Assembly (NCBI GenBank): GCA_016870485.1
Contig: VGBM01000005.1
Location: 24,214 to 88,213, forward strand
Length of the DNA: 64,000 nt
Reading direction: 5' to 3'
Origin: Actinomycetota bacterium
Lineage (GTDB): Bacteria; Actinomycetota; Thermoleophilia; Gaiellales; F1-60-MAGs149
Part shown: positions 30,216 through 38,211 of the stretch, piece after piece
How the letters are laid out: each line of letters starts with the position of its first letter
Numbering within the stretch: position 1 is the first letter of the stretch
Made by a program: the position numbers and the translations under genes
Notes under the pieces: generated by a model
The model's database searches: none
What the model saw: only the letters and a program-made list of their open reading frames with translations
Told to the model about the DNA's origin: nothing

Positions 30216-32891
30216 ATGGCTTCCGTTGACCGGGCCACGGCCCCCACGTACGTCTACGACCAGTCCGAGGGCTCCGCCGAGATGCGGGGCCTGCTCGGCG
30301 GCAAGGGCGCCAACGTCGCCGAGATGCAGCGCATCGGCGTGCCCGTGCCTGACGGCTTCACGGTCACGACCGAGGCCTGCGTCGCCGCGATGGACGCGGA
30401 CGGGGCGTGGCCCGACGGGCTCTGGGAGGCCGTCCTCGACCGCCTCGCCGCGCTCGAGAAGCGGACGGGGCGCCGGCTCGGCGACCCCGAACGGCCGCTC
30501 CTCGTGAGCGTGCGCTCCGGCGCCGTCTTCTCGATGCCGGGGATGATGGACACGATCCTCAACCTCGGGATCAACGACGCCGCCGTCCGCGGCCTCGCCG
30601 CCGAGTCGGGCAACCCGCGCTTCGCCTGGGACTCGTACCGGCGCTTCGTGCAGATGTTCGGGGAGGTCGTGCTGGGCGTGCCGTCCGACGACTTCGAGCA
30701 CGCCCTCTCGCAGCTCAAGCGCGAGCGCGGCGTGGCGCTCGACACCGACCTGACGGCCGAGGACCTCGAGGGCCTCGTCGCCATGTTCAAGCGGATCACC
30801 GAGGAGTCGGCGGGGGCGGGCGCGTTCGGCGACGACCCGCGCGAGCAGCTGCGCCTCGCGATCAACGCGGTCTTCGCGTCCTGGCAGAACCCGCGCGCCG
30901 CCGTCTACCGGCGCGCCAACGACATCCCCGACGAACTCGGCACCGCCGTCAACATCATGCAGATGGTGTTCGGCAATCTCGGCGAGACCTCGGGCACGGG
31001 CGTCTGCTTCACCCGTAACCCCGCCACCGGCGCCAAGGAGCTGTACGGCGAGTTCCTCGTCAACGCCCAGGGCGAGGACGTCGTCGCCGGCATCCGCACC
31101 CCGCGGCCTATCGCCGAGATGGAGGCCGCGCTGCCCGAGGCCTACCACGAGCTGGTGGCCACGATGGCGCGGCTCGAGGCGCACTACGGCGACATGCAGG
31201 ACATCGAGTTCACGGTCGAGCAGGGCCGCCTGTACCTCCTGCAGACCCGCACCGGCAAGCGCACCGCGCAGGCCGCCGTGCGCGTCGCCTGCGAGTTGGT
31301 CGCCGAGGGCGTGATCACCCGCGACCAGGCCGTCCAGCGGATCGACCCCCGCCAGCTCGACCAGCTCCTGCATCCGACGATCGACCCCGACGCGCCCCGC
31401 GACCTGCTCGCGACGGGTCTCAACGCCTCGCCCGGCGCGGGCGTGGGGGAGGTCGTGCTCGACGCCGACACGGCCGAGCGGCGCGGCAAAGCCGGCACCC
31501 CGGTGATCCTCGTGCGCTGGGAGACGACGCCCGACGACATCCACGGCGTGATCGTGGCCCAGGGCGTGATCACGGCCCACGGCGGCATGACGTCGCACGC
31601 GGCGGTCGTGGCGCGCGGGATGGGCAAGCCCTGCGTGGCGGGCGTCGACGGCCTGCAGATCGACCGCGAGGCGCGCACCATCGCGATCGGCGGGCGCGTC
31701 CTGCGGGAGGGCGACACGATCACGATGGACGGCTCGACCGGCGAGGTGCTGGCCGGCGGGTCGCCGCTCGTGCCGCCGCGCTTCGACGACCACTTTCGGG
31801 AGATCACCGCCTGGGCGGACGAGATCCGGCGGCTGCGGGTGCGCGCGAACGCCGACACGCCGGAGGACGCCGAGCGCGCCCGCGGCTTCGGGGCGGAGGG
31901 CATCGGGCTGTGCCGCACCGAGCACATGTTCATGAGCGAGGAGCGACTGCCGAGCGTACGCCGCATGATTCTCGCCAGCGACGAGGCGGACCGCCTCGCC
32001 GCCCTCGCCGAGATCGCGCCGATGCAGCAGGGCGACTTCGAGGGGATCCTGCGGGCGATGGACGGGCTCCCCGTCACGATCCGCCTGCTCGACCCGCCGC
32101 TGCACGAGTTCCTGCCGAGCCTGCTCGAGGCCTCCCGCGACGTGGAGCGCATCCGCGGGCACGGCGCCCCCGGCGACCTCGTCGCCGCCGAGGCGCTGCT
32201 TGCCCGCGTCAAGGAGCTGACCGAGGCCAACCCGATGCTGGGGACCCGCGGCTGCCGGCTCGGGCTGCTCTTCCCCGAGATCTACACGATGCAGGCCCGC
32301 GCGATCGTCGACGCGGCGCTCGCGGTCCGCGCCGCGGGCGGCGACCCGCGCCCCGAGATCATGATCCCGCTGGTCGGGTTCGCGGAGGAGCTGCGGCGGA
32401 TGCGCATCCTGGTCGAGGAGGTGGTGCGCGAGGAGACCGAGCGGGCCGGCGTCGACTTCCCGATCCAGGTGGGCACGATGATCGAGCTGCCGCGTGCGGC
32501 GGTCGTCGCCGACCAGATCGCCACCGAGGCCGACTTCTTCTCGTTCGGCACGAACGATCTCACGCAGACCGTGCTCGGGCTGTCGCGCGATGACGCGGAG
32601 GGCAAGTTCCTGACCCAGTACCTCGAGGACGGCGTGATCGATAAGAACCCGTTCCAGACGATCGACGTCGACGGGGTCGGCGCGGTCGTGCGGATGGGCT
32701 GCGAGCAGGGCCGCGCCGTCAAGCCCGACCTCAAGCTCGGGGTCTGCGGCGAGCACGGCGGCGACCCCCTCAGCGTCGGCTTCTTCCACGACGTCGGCGT
32801 CGACTACGTCTCCTGCTCGCCCTTCCGGGTGCCGATCGCGCGCCTCGCGGCCGCGCAGGCCGCGCTCGGCGCCTCCTTCAAGGACCGCTAG
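30216..32891 (+). CDS. ppdK: Pyruvate, phosphate dikinase
   Basis: 891 aa. GGKGANVAEM, phospho-His region GGMTSHAAVVARGMGKPCV, FFSFGTNDLTQ. Confidence 0.96.
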   Translation: MASVDRATAPTYVYDQSEGSAEMRGLLGGKGANVAEMQRIGVPVPDGFTVTTEACVAAMDADGAWPDGLWEAVLDRLAALEKRTGRRLGDPERPLLVSVRSGAVFSMPGMMDTILNLGINDAAVRGLAAESGNPRFAWDSYRRFVQMFGEVVLGVPSDDFEHALSQLKRERGVALDTDLTAEDLEGLVAMFKRITEESAGAGAFGDDPREQLRLAINAVFASWQNPRAAVYRRANDIPDELGTAVNIMQMVFGNLGETSGTGVCFTRNPATGAKELYGEFLVNAQGEDVVAGIRTPRPIAEMEAALPEAYHELVATMARLEAHYGDMQDIEFTVEQGRLYLLQTRTGKRTAQAAVRVACELVAEGVITRDQAVQRIDPRQLDQLLHPTIDPDAPRDLLATGLNASPGAGVGEVVLDADTAERRGKAGTPVILVRWETTPDDIHGVIVAQGVITAHGGMTSHAAVVARGMGKPCVAGVDGLQIDREARTIAIGGRVLREGDTITMDGSTGEVLAGGSPLVPPRFDDHFREITAWADEIRRLRVRANADTPEDAERARGFGAEGIGLCRTEHMFMSEERLPSVRRMILASDEADRLAALAEIAPMQQGDFEGILRAMDGLPVTIRLLDPPLHEFLPSLLEASRDVERIRGHGAPGDLVAAEALLARVKELTEANPMLGTRGCRLGLLFPEIYTMQARAIVDAALAVRAAGGDPRPEIMIPLVGFAEELRRMRILVEEVVREETERAGVDFPIQVGTMIELPRAAVVADQIATEADFFSFGTNDLTQTVLGLSRDDAEGKFLTQYLEDGVIDKNPFQTIDVDGVGAVVRMGCEQGRAVKPDLKLGVCGEHGGDPLSVGFFHDVGVDYVSCSPFRVPIARLAAAQAALGASFKDR

Positions 32892-32896
32892 GCCGC

Positions 32897-33613
32897 GTGG
32901 CTTTGACCCTGCACGCCGCGCTCGGGCCGCTGGACGCCGCGCCCGCGGACGTCGCGATCGTCGTCGACTGCATCCGCGCCACGACGACCCTGTCGCACGC
33001 CCTCGCCGCGGGCTACCGCGAGGTGGTCTGCGTCGGCGAGGTCGACGACGCCCACGCCGAGCGGGCCGACGGGGTCGTGCTCGGCGGCGAGCGCCACGGC
33101 GTCCTGATCGAGGGCTTCGACCTCGGCAACTCGCCCGCCGAGTACGCCACGCCGCGCGGCGAGGTGCTGGTCCTGACCACCACGAACGGCACCCGCGCGA
33201 TCCTGCAGTCCGCCGCCGAGGCCGAGACGGTGCTGGTCGGCGCGCTCGTCAACGCCGCCACCCTCGTCGACCGGGCGCTCGCGGCGCTGCCCGCCGACGG
33301 CACCCTCGCGGTGCGCTGCGCCGGGGTCCGCGGCGACGTGGCCCTCGACGACGTCTACGTCGCCGGCGTCCTGCTCGCCCGCGCGGCCGCGCGCCTCGAC
33401 GGCGCCTTCGCGACCGACGCGGCGCGCGTGGCGATGGCCGTGGCACGCGCCTACCCCGACGCCCAGGCCGCGCTCGACGACTCCCAGAGCAGGCGCGACC
33501 TCGACGGCACGGGGCACGAGGCGGACGTCACGCGCTGCGCCGCCCTCGACGTCCTGGTGGTGGCGCCCTGCGTGGCGAGCGCCGGACCGGGCCGCGTCGT
33601 CGTGACGGCCTAG
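32897..33613 (+). CDS. 2-phosphosulfolactate phosphatase (ComB) family protein
   Basis: 238 aa, GTG start. VVDCIRATTTLSHALAAGY, TTTNGTRA. Confidence 0.75.
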   Translation: MALTLHAALGPLDAAPADVAIVVDCIRATTTLSHALAAGYREVVCVGEVDDAHAERADGVVLGGERHGVLIEGFDLGNSPAEYATPRGEVLVLTTTNGTRAILQSAAEAETVLVGALVNAATLVDRALAALPADGTLAVRCAGVRGDVALDDVYVAGVLLARAAARLDGAFATDAARVAMAVARAYPDAQAALDDSQSRRDLDGTGHEADVTRCAALDVLVVAPCVASAGPGRVVVTA

Positions 33614-33924
33614 CCCTCGAGGGCTTCGGCGATCTCGGGCATCGTCTTCTGCGCGGCCCGGTTGAACTCCGACACGTAGCGGTCGGCCGTGCCGTCGCCG
33701 TCGTCGAGGGTCTCGGCGTAGCCATCGCGCATCGCGGCCAGCTCCTCGGCCGCCCAGTCGAGCTCGTCGGCGTAGTCGCCGTAGCGCTCCTCGGCCGCGT
33801 CCCGGTCGGACGTGCGGTACGCGGAGCGGGCCTCGCGGATCGCCTCCAGGCGGTCGCCGTGGTCCGCGGCGAAGACCCGGAGCTGGCGGTCGATGAGGTC
33901 GCCGAACTGCCTGCGTCGGAACAT
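33610..33924 (-). CDS. Hypothetical acidic helical protein
   Basis: 104 aa with high third-position GC. No family recognised. Confidence 0.5.
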   Translation of the reverse strand: MFRRRQFGDLIDRQLRVFAADHGDRLEAIREARSAYRTSDRDAAEERYGDYADELDWAAEELAAMRDGYAETLDDGDGTADRYVSEFNRAAQKTMPEIAEALEG

Positions 33925-33968
33925 GGGCCTGATGCTAGCGGGGACCGCGACCCCGTACGCTTCGGGGG

Positions 33969-35102
33969 ATGCCCGATACCGTCGCGATCCGCGCCCAGTT
34001 GCCCGCCGTCACCGCGCAGGCGTACTTCAACACCGGCACCTTCGGCCCGCTGCCCGCCCCCGCCGTGGAGGCGATGGCCGCCTACACCGACGAGGCGTTC
34101 CGGGGCGGGCGGATCGGTGACGTCAGGTACGCGCGGCAGGCGGGGATCGAGCAGGCCGCCCGTGAGGCCCTGGCCCGCATGGTCGGCGCCCCGGCCGACC
34201 AGATCGCGCTCGCGCACTGCACCTCCGACGGCCTCAACCTGGTCGTCGGCGGGATCGACTGGGCGGAGGGCGACGAGGTCCTGATCGGCGACTACGAGCA
34301 CCCCGGCCTGACCGTCCCGCTCGACGTGATGGGCCGTCGCCGCGGGATCGTGACGCGCGTCGTGCCGATCACCGAGGCGCCCGACCCGGCGCAGGCGATC
34401 GCCGACGCCCTGACCCCGCGCACGCGGCTCGTCGCGCTCTCGCACGTGATCTGGACGACCGGCCGCGTGATGCCGATCGCGCGGATGGCCGAGGCGGTGC
34501 GGGCGCACGGGGCGCTGTTTCTGGTCGACGCGGCGCAGGGCCCGGGCTGCATCCCGGTCTCGGTGCCCGAGCTCGGCTGCGACTTCTACACGATCAGCGG
34601 CCAGAAGTGGCTGTGCGGCCCCTCCGGCACGGGCGGGCTGTGGGTGCGCCCCGACGCCGTCGAGCGCATCCACCCGGCGTTCCCCGGCTACCCCACGATG
34701 GAGAAGACCCCCGACGGGCCGCGGATGTGGCCCGGCGCGCGGCGCCTCGAGCCCGGCACCGTCACGCACACGGCGCTCGTGGGGCTGACGGCGGCGATCG
34801 AGTGGCGCGAGGGCCTCGGAGTCGAGGCGGGGCACGCCGACGCGATGCGCCTCGCCGGGCACCTGCGTGAGCGCCTCGCCGCCGAGGTGCCGCGGGCGCG
34901 CGTCGCGGAGGTCGACCACGGCTCGCCGTTCGTGGCCTTCGAGACGGAGAGGCTCACCGCCGTCGAGGTGGTGCGCCGGCTCGAGGCCCGGGACGTCGTC
35001 GTGCGCTCCCTGCCCCGGACCGAGCTGACGCGCGTGTCCGTCGGCCCGTGGAACGACGCGAGCGACGTCGACCGGCTGATCACCGCGCTCGTCGCGCTCT
35101 AG
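33969..35102 (+). CDS. Class V aminotransferase-fold PLP enzyme (cysteine desulfurase/epimerase-like)
   Basis: 377 aa. LFLVDAAQG, PLP-Lys context ISGQKWLCGPSGTGGLWV. Confidence 0.85.
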   Translation: MPDTVAIRAQLPAVTAQAYFNTGTFGPLPAPAVEAMAAYTDEAFRGGRIGDVRYARQAGIEQAAREALARMVGAPADQIALAHCTSDGLNLVVGGIDWAEGDEVLIGDYEHPGLTVPLDVMGRRRGIVTRVVPITEAPDPAQAIADALTPRTRLVALSHVIWTTGRVMPIARMAEAVRAHGALFLVDAAQGPGCIPVSVPELGCDFYTISGQKWLCGPSGTGGLWVRPDAVERIHPAFPGYPTMEKTPDGPRMWPGARRLEPGTVTHTALVGLTAAIEWREGLGVEAGHADAMRLAGHLRERLAAEVPRARVAEVDHGSPFVAFETERLTAVEVVRRLEARDVVVRSLPRTELTRVSVGPWNDASDVDRLITALVAL

Positions 35103-35671
35103 GCGGGCAGGCCGAGCTCGCCGGCGACCGGCTGCAGGGCCGCGACCACGTTGCGGATGTGGTCGTCGAGCTCGATCCCGAGCAGCTCCGGCCCCGCGTA
35201 GACGTCGTCGCGGTCGACCCCGGCGGCGAACGACGGCTGCTTGAGCTTCTTCTTGACGCTCTTGGGCTCGAGGCCCTCGAGGCCGTTCGGGCGCACGAGA
35301 CCGCAGGCGTGCACGAACCCGGACAGCTCGTCGCAGGCGAAGAGCGTCCGCTCGAGCGGCGTCTCACGGGGCAGCTCGAGGTGGTTGGCGTGCGTCAGGA
35401 TCGCGTGTCGGAACCAGTCCGGGTAGCCGTGCTCGGCGAGGATCGCCTCGCCCGCCTGCGGGTGCTGCTCGAGCGTGGGGTGGATCTCCCAGTCGAAGTC
35501 GTGCAGGAGCGCCACGTTGCCCCAGGCGGCCTCGTCCGCGCCCGCCTGGCGCGCGTACCAGCGCACGGAGGCCTCGACGGCGCGGCAGTGGCGGCGCAGC
35601 GCCTCGGACTGGATGTGCTCGCAGACGATCCCCCAGGCGGCGTCGCGGTCGCGCACGAGGTCGTCGGCCAT
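35099..35671 (-). CDS. HD-domain phosphohydrolase
   Basis: 190 aa from ATG 35671 (the track uses TTG 35680). LRRHCRAVE...ALLHDFDWE. Confidence 0.8.
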   Translation of the reverse strand: MADDLVRDRDAAWGIVCEHIQSEALRRHCRAVEASVRWYARQAGADEAAWGNVALLHDFDWEIHPTLEQHPQAGEAILAEHGYPDWFRHAILTHANHLELPRETPLERTLFACDELSGFVHACGLVRPNGLEGLEPKSVKKKLKQPSFAAGVDRDDVYAGPELLGIELDDHIRNVVAALQPVAGELGLPA

Positions 35672-35717
35672 CGGACGCAAGCGTATCCGAGCCGGGGCCC
35701 CGGGGAGGGTCGACGGC

Positions 35718-35723
35718 TACGAT
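35718..35723 (+). promoter_or_regulatory. -10-like TACGAT 7 nt upstream of the murA GTG (leaderless arrangement)
   Basis: TACGAT-TGGCCGC-GTG. Confidence 0.35.
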
Positions 35724-35730
35724 TGGCCGC

Positions 35731-37047
35731 GTGAGCGCGACTGCGGCGACCCGTGGCGGCCTCGGCGACCTCCTCGTGATCGAGGGCGGCCACCCCCTCG
35801 AGGGGCGCGTCCGCGTCGGCGGCAACAAAAACGGCGCGCTGCCGATCATCGCCGCCTGCCTGCTCACCGAGCAGGAGTGCGTGATCGACAACGTGCCGCG
35901 CATCCGCGACGTCGAGGTGATGGCGGAGCTCGTGCAGGCCACGGGCGCCGACGTCGAGTGGACCGCGACCAACACCCTGCGGATCCGCGCCGCCGGCGAC
36001 CTGACGGCGTCGATCGACCGCATGCTGAGCGTCCGCATCCGCGCCTCGATCCTGCTCGCAGGCCCCCTGCTCGCCCGCTGCGGCTCGGTGCTCGTGCCGC
36101 CGCCCGGCGGCGACGTGATCGGGCGGCGCCGGATCGACACGCACCTGCACGCGTTCGCCGCCCTCGGCGCGGACGTCGAGGTCGATCGCGACTTCACCCT
36201 GCGCGCGGCGGACGGGCTGGTCGGCACGCGCTTCTTCATGGACGAGCCGAGCGTGACCGCGACCGAGAACGCGATCATGGCCGCCGTCCTCGCCAAGGGC
36301 GAGACCAAGCTGATCAACGCGGCCTGCGAGCCGCACGTCCAGGACCTCTGCCGCTTCCTCGTGGCGATGGGGGCGGAGATCGACGGGGTCGGCTCGAACG
36401 TGCTCACGATCCGCGGCCGCGCGGCGCTCGGCGGCGCCCACCACACGATCGGCCCCGACCACATCGAGGTCGCGTCGTTCATCGGCCTTGCGGCCGTCAC
36501 ACCCGGCGTGCTGGTGATCGAGGACGTCGAGCCGGAGGACCTGCACCCGGTGCTGCACGGCTTCGAGCGGCTTGGGGTGCGTATCGGGCTCGACGGGCGG
36601 GACCTGACCGTCCCCGACGACCAGGAGCTCGTGATCCGGGACGACGTCGGCGGGCAGGTGCCCAAGCTCGAGGACGGGCCCTGGCCGCAGTTCCCCGCTG
36701 ACGTGACGTCGATCGCGGTCGCCGTGGCCACGCAGGCCACCGGGACCGTCCTGATCTTCGAGAAGATGTTCGAGAACCGCCTCGTCTTCACCGACAAGCT
36801 CGTCTCGATGGGCGCGCGGATCGTGCTCTGCGACCCGCATCGGGCGCTGATCACGGGGCCGAGCCGCCTCGTCGGCGAGCGCGTCGAGAGCCCCGACATC
36901 CGCGCCGGCATGGCGATGCTGATCGCCTCCCTGTGCGCCGAGGGCACCACGACGATCGGCAACGTGGGGCAGATCGACCGCGGCTACGAGCGCATCGACG
37001 AGCGGCTGCGCGCGCTGGGCGCGCGGATCGAGCGGATCAGCGGCTGA
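35731..37047 (+). CDS. murA: UDP-N-acetylglucosamine 1-carboxyvinyltransferase
   Basis: 438 aa. GGNKNGALPIIAACLL. The active-site loop reads PPGGDVIGRRRIDTH, with Asp where E. coli has Cys115. Confidence 0.95.
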   Translation: MSATAATRGGLGDLLVIEGGHPLEGRVRVGGNKNGALPIIAACLLTEQECVIDNVPRIRDVEVMAELVQATGADVEWTATNTLRIRAAGDLTASIDRMLSVRIRASILLAGPLLARCGSVLVPPPGGDVIGRRRIDTHLHAFAALGADVEVDRDFTLRAADGLVGTRFFMDEPSVTATENAIMAAVLAKGETKLINAACEPHVQDLCRFLVAMGAEIDGVGSNVLTIRGRAALGGAHHTIGPDHIEVASFIGLAAVTPGVLVIEDVEPEDLHPVLHGFERLGVRIGLDGRDLTVPDDQELVIRDDVGGQVPKLEDGPWPQFPADVTSIAVAVATQATGTVLIFEKMFENRLVFTDKLVSMGARIVLCDPHRALITGPSRLVGERVESPDIRAGMAMLIASLCAEGTTTIGNVGQIDRGYERIDERLRALGARIERISG

Positions 37048-37432
37048 GGCCGTCCCGGTCGAGCGCGCGCCGGAGCCCACCGTCATTGGTCAGCACGGGG
37101 CCGCCGACCTCGGCGCTCAGCGCCGCATACGAGGCGTCGTAGGCGGACAGGCCGCGCGACGACCAGCGTGCCACCCCGTCGAGGTCGGGGTCGGTGCGCG
37201 TGATCGTCAGGCGCTCGAGCGCCTCGACGAGGCGCACGAGCTGGTCCTCCGACAGGCCCCGGCGCCGGGCCGCCACGTTCAGCACCTCGAGGTCCATGAT
37301 CGTCGGCGCGAACACGTCGACGTCCGGGTCGTCGATCAGCGCGTCGAGCCCGAGCTGGTCGTCATCGCCGGGGGCAGGCAGGATCAGCGGGACCACGACG
37401 GACGCGTCGACGACGTGGGGGGTCGGCCTCAT
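37037..37432 (-). CDS. vapC: PIN-domain toxin VapC
   Basis: 131 aa. Acidic PIN residues in VVDASVVV, DLEVLN and AYDASYAAL. 4-nt overlap with the upstream antitoxin gene. The 3' end overlaps the murA 3' end by 11 nt. Confidence 0.8.
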   Translation of the reverse strand: MRPTPHVVDASVVVPLILPAPGDDDQLGLDALIDDPDVDVFAPTIMDLEVLNVAARRRGLSEDQLVRLVEALERLTITRTDPDLDGVARWSSRGLSAYDASYAALSAEVGGPVLTNDGGLRRALDRDGLSR

Positions 37433-37734
37433 GCCGGCGATCCGCTCCCGGGCACCGCGCTGCGGTCCACACGCTCCGCCCGCTCGTCCCGCATCCGGCG
37501 GATCTCCATCCATGCCGGCATGTGCGGTCCGTAGATCGGAGGCGCTTCGGCCAGGATCTCCCGGATCTCGGCGAGGACCTGCCGGTTGATCTCGGCCTTC
37601 GTGGGCGGCGGGCCGCCCAGCGCCTCCTGCGAGCGGGCGGCGAGCCACGCGCTCCGCGACAGGCCCGAGGCCTGCGCGGCGGCGTCGATGCGCTCCAGGA
37701 GCTGCTCGTCGAGGGAGACCAGGACCTTCTTCAC
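37429..37734 (-). CDS. vapB: Ribbon-helix-helix (CopG-like) antitoxin VapB
   Basis: 101 aa from GTG 37734. VKKVLVSLDEQLLERIDAAAQASGLSRSAWLA is an RHH motif. Confidence 0.7.
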   Translation of the reverse strand: MKKVLVSLDEQLLERIDAAAQASGLSRSAWLAARSQEALGGPPPTKAEINRQVLAEIREILAEAPPIYGPHMPAWMEIRRMRDERAERVDRSAVPGSGSPA

Positions 37735-37741
37735 GCCCCAC

Positions 37742-37756
37742 AGTATATCTGGATAT
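37742..37756 (-). promoter_or_regulatory. vapBC promoter/operator: -10-like TATACT 7 nt upstream of the vapB GTG, overlapping inverted repeat ATATC-TG-GATAT
   Basis: Minus strand reads GGATATCCAGATATACT-GTGGGGC-GTG. This is the most AT-rich patch in the neighbourhood. Confidence 0.4.
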
Positions 37757-37782
37757 CCGGCTGCTGCCCCGGGCCACGCGTC

Positions 37783-37788
37783 TAGCAT
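37783..37788 (+). promoter_or_regulatory. -10-like TAGCAT upstream of ridA (leadered, Shine-Dalgarno GAGGAG)
   Basis: The TAGCATCC string is shared with the ald and rpsB upstream regions. Confidence 0.35.
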
Positions 37789-37821
37789 CCGCGGGCACAC
37801 GCGAACGCCACGAGGAGCACC

Positions 37822-38208
37822 ATGGCCAAGGAGATCATCCGCACCGACAACGCGCCGGCCCCGCTGGGCGGCGCCCCGTACAACCAGGCGGTCAAGGCCG
37901 GCGGCCTCGTCTTCCTGGCCGGGCAGATCCCGCTCGACGCCGAGTCGGGCCAGCTGGTCGAGGGCGGCATCGTCGAGCAGACCCACACGTGCTTCGACAA
38001 CGTGGCGGCGATCCTCGAGGCGGCCGGGTCCGACCTGACCAAGGTGATCCGCGCGCAGGTCTACATGATCGACCTCGGCGAGTTCGGCGAGATGAACGGC
38101 GTCTACAGCGAGCGCATGGGCCAGCCGTACCCGGCCCGCTCGACGTTCCAGGTCGCCAACCTGCCGGCCGGTGCGCGCGTCGAGATCGAAGTCGTCGCGG
38201 AGGCGTAG
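37822..38208 (+). CDS. ridA: RidA-family reactive intermediate deaminase
   Basis: 128 aa. APAPLGGAPYNQAVKAGGLVFLAGQIPLD, RSTFQVANLPAGARVEIE. Confidence 0.9.
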   Translation: MAKEIIRTDNAPAPLGGAPYNQAVKAGGLVFLAGQIPLDAESGQLVEGGIVEQTHTCFDNVAAILEAAGSDLTKVIRAQVYMIDLGEFGEMNGVYSERMGQPYPARSTFQVANLPAGARVEIEVVAEA

Positions 38209-38211
38209 CGG

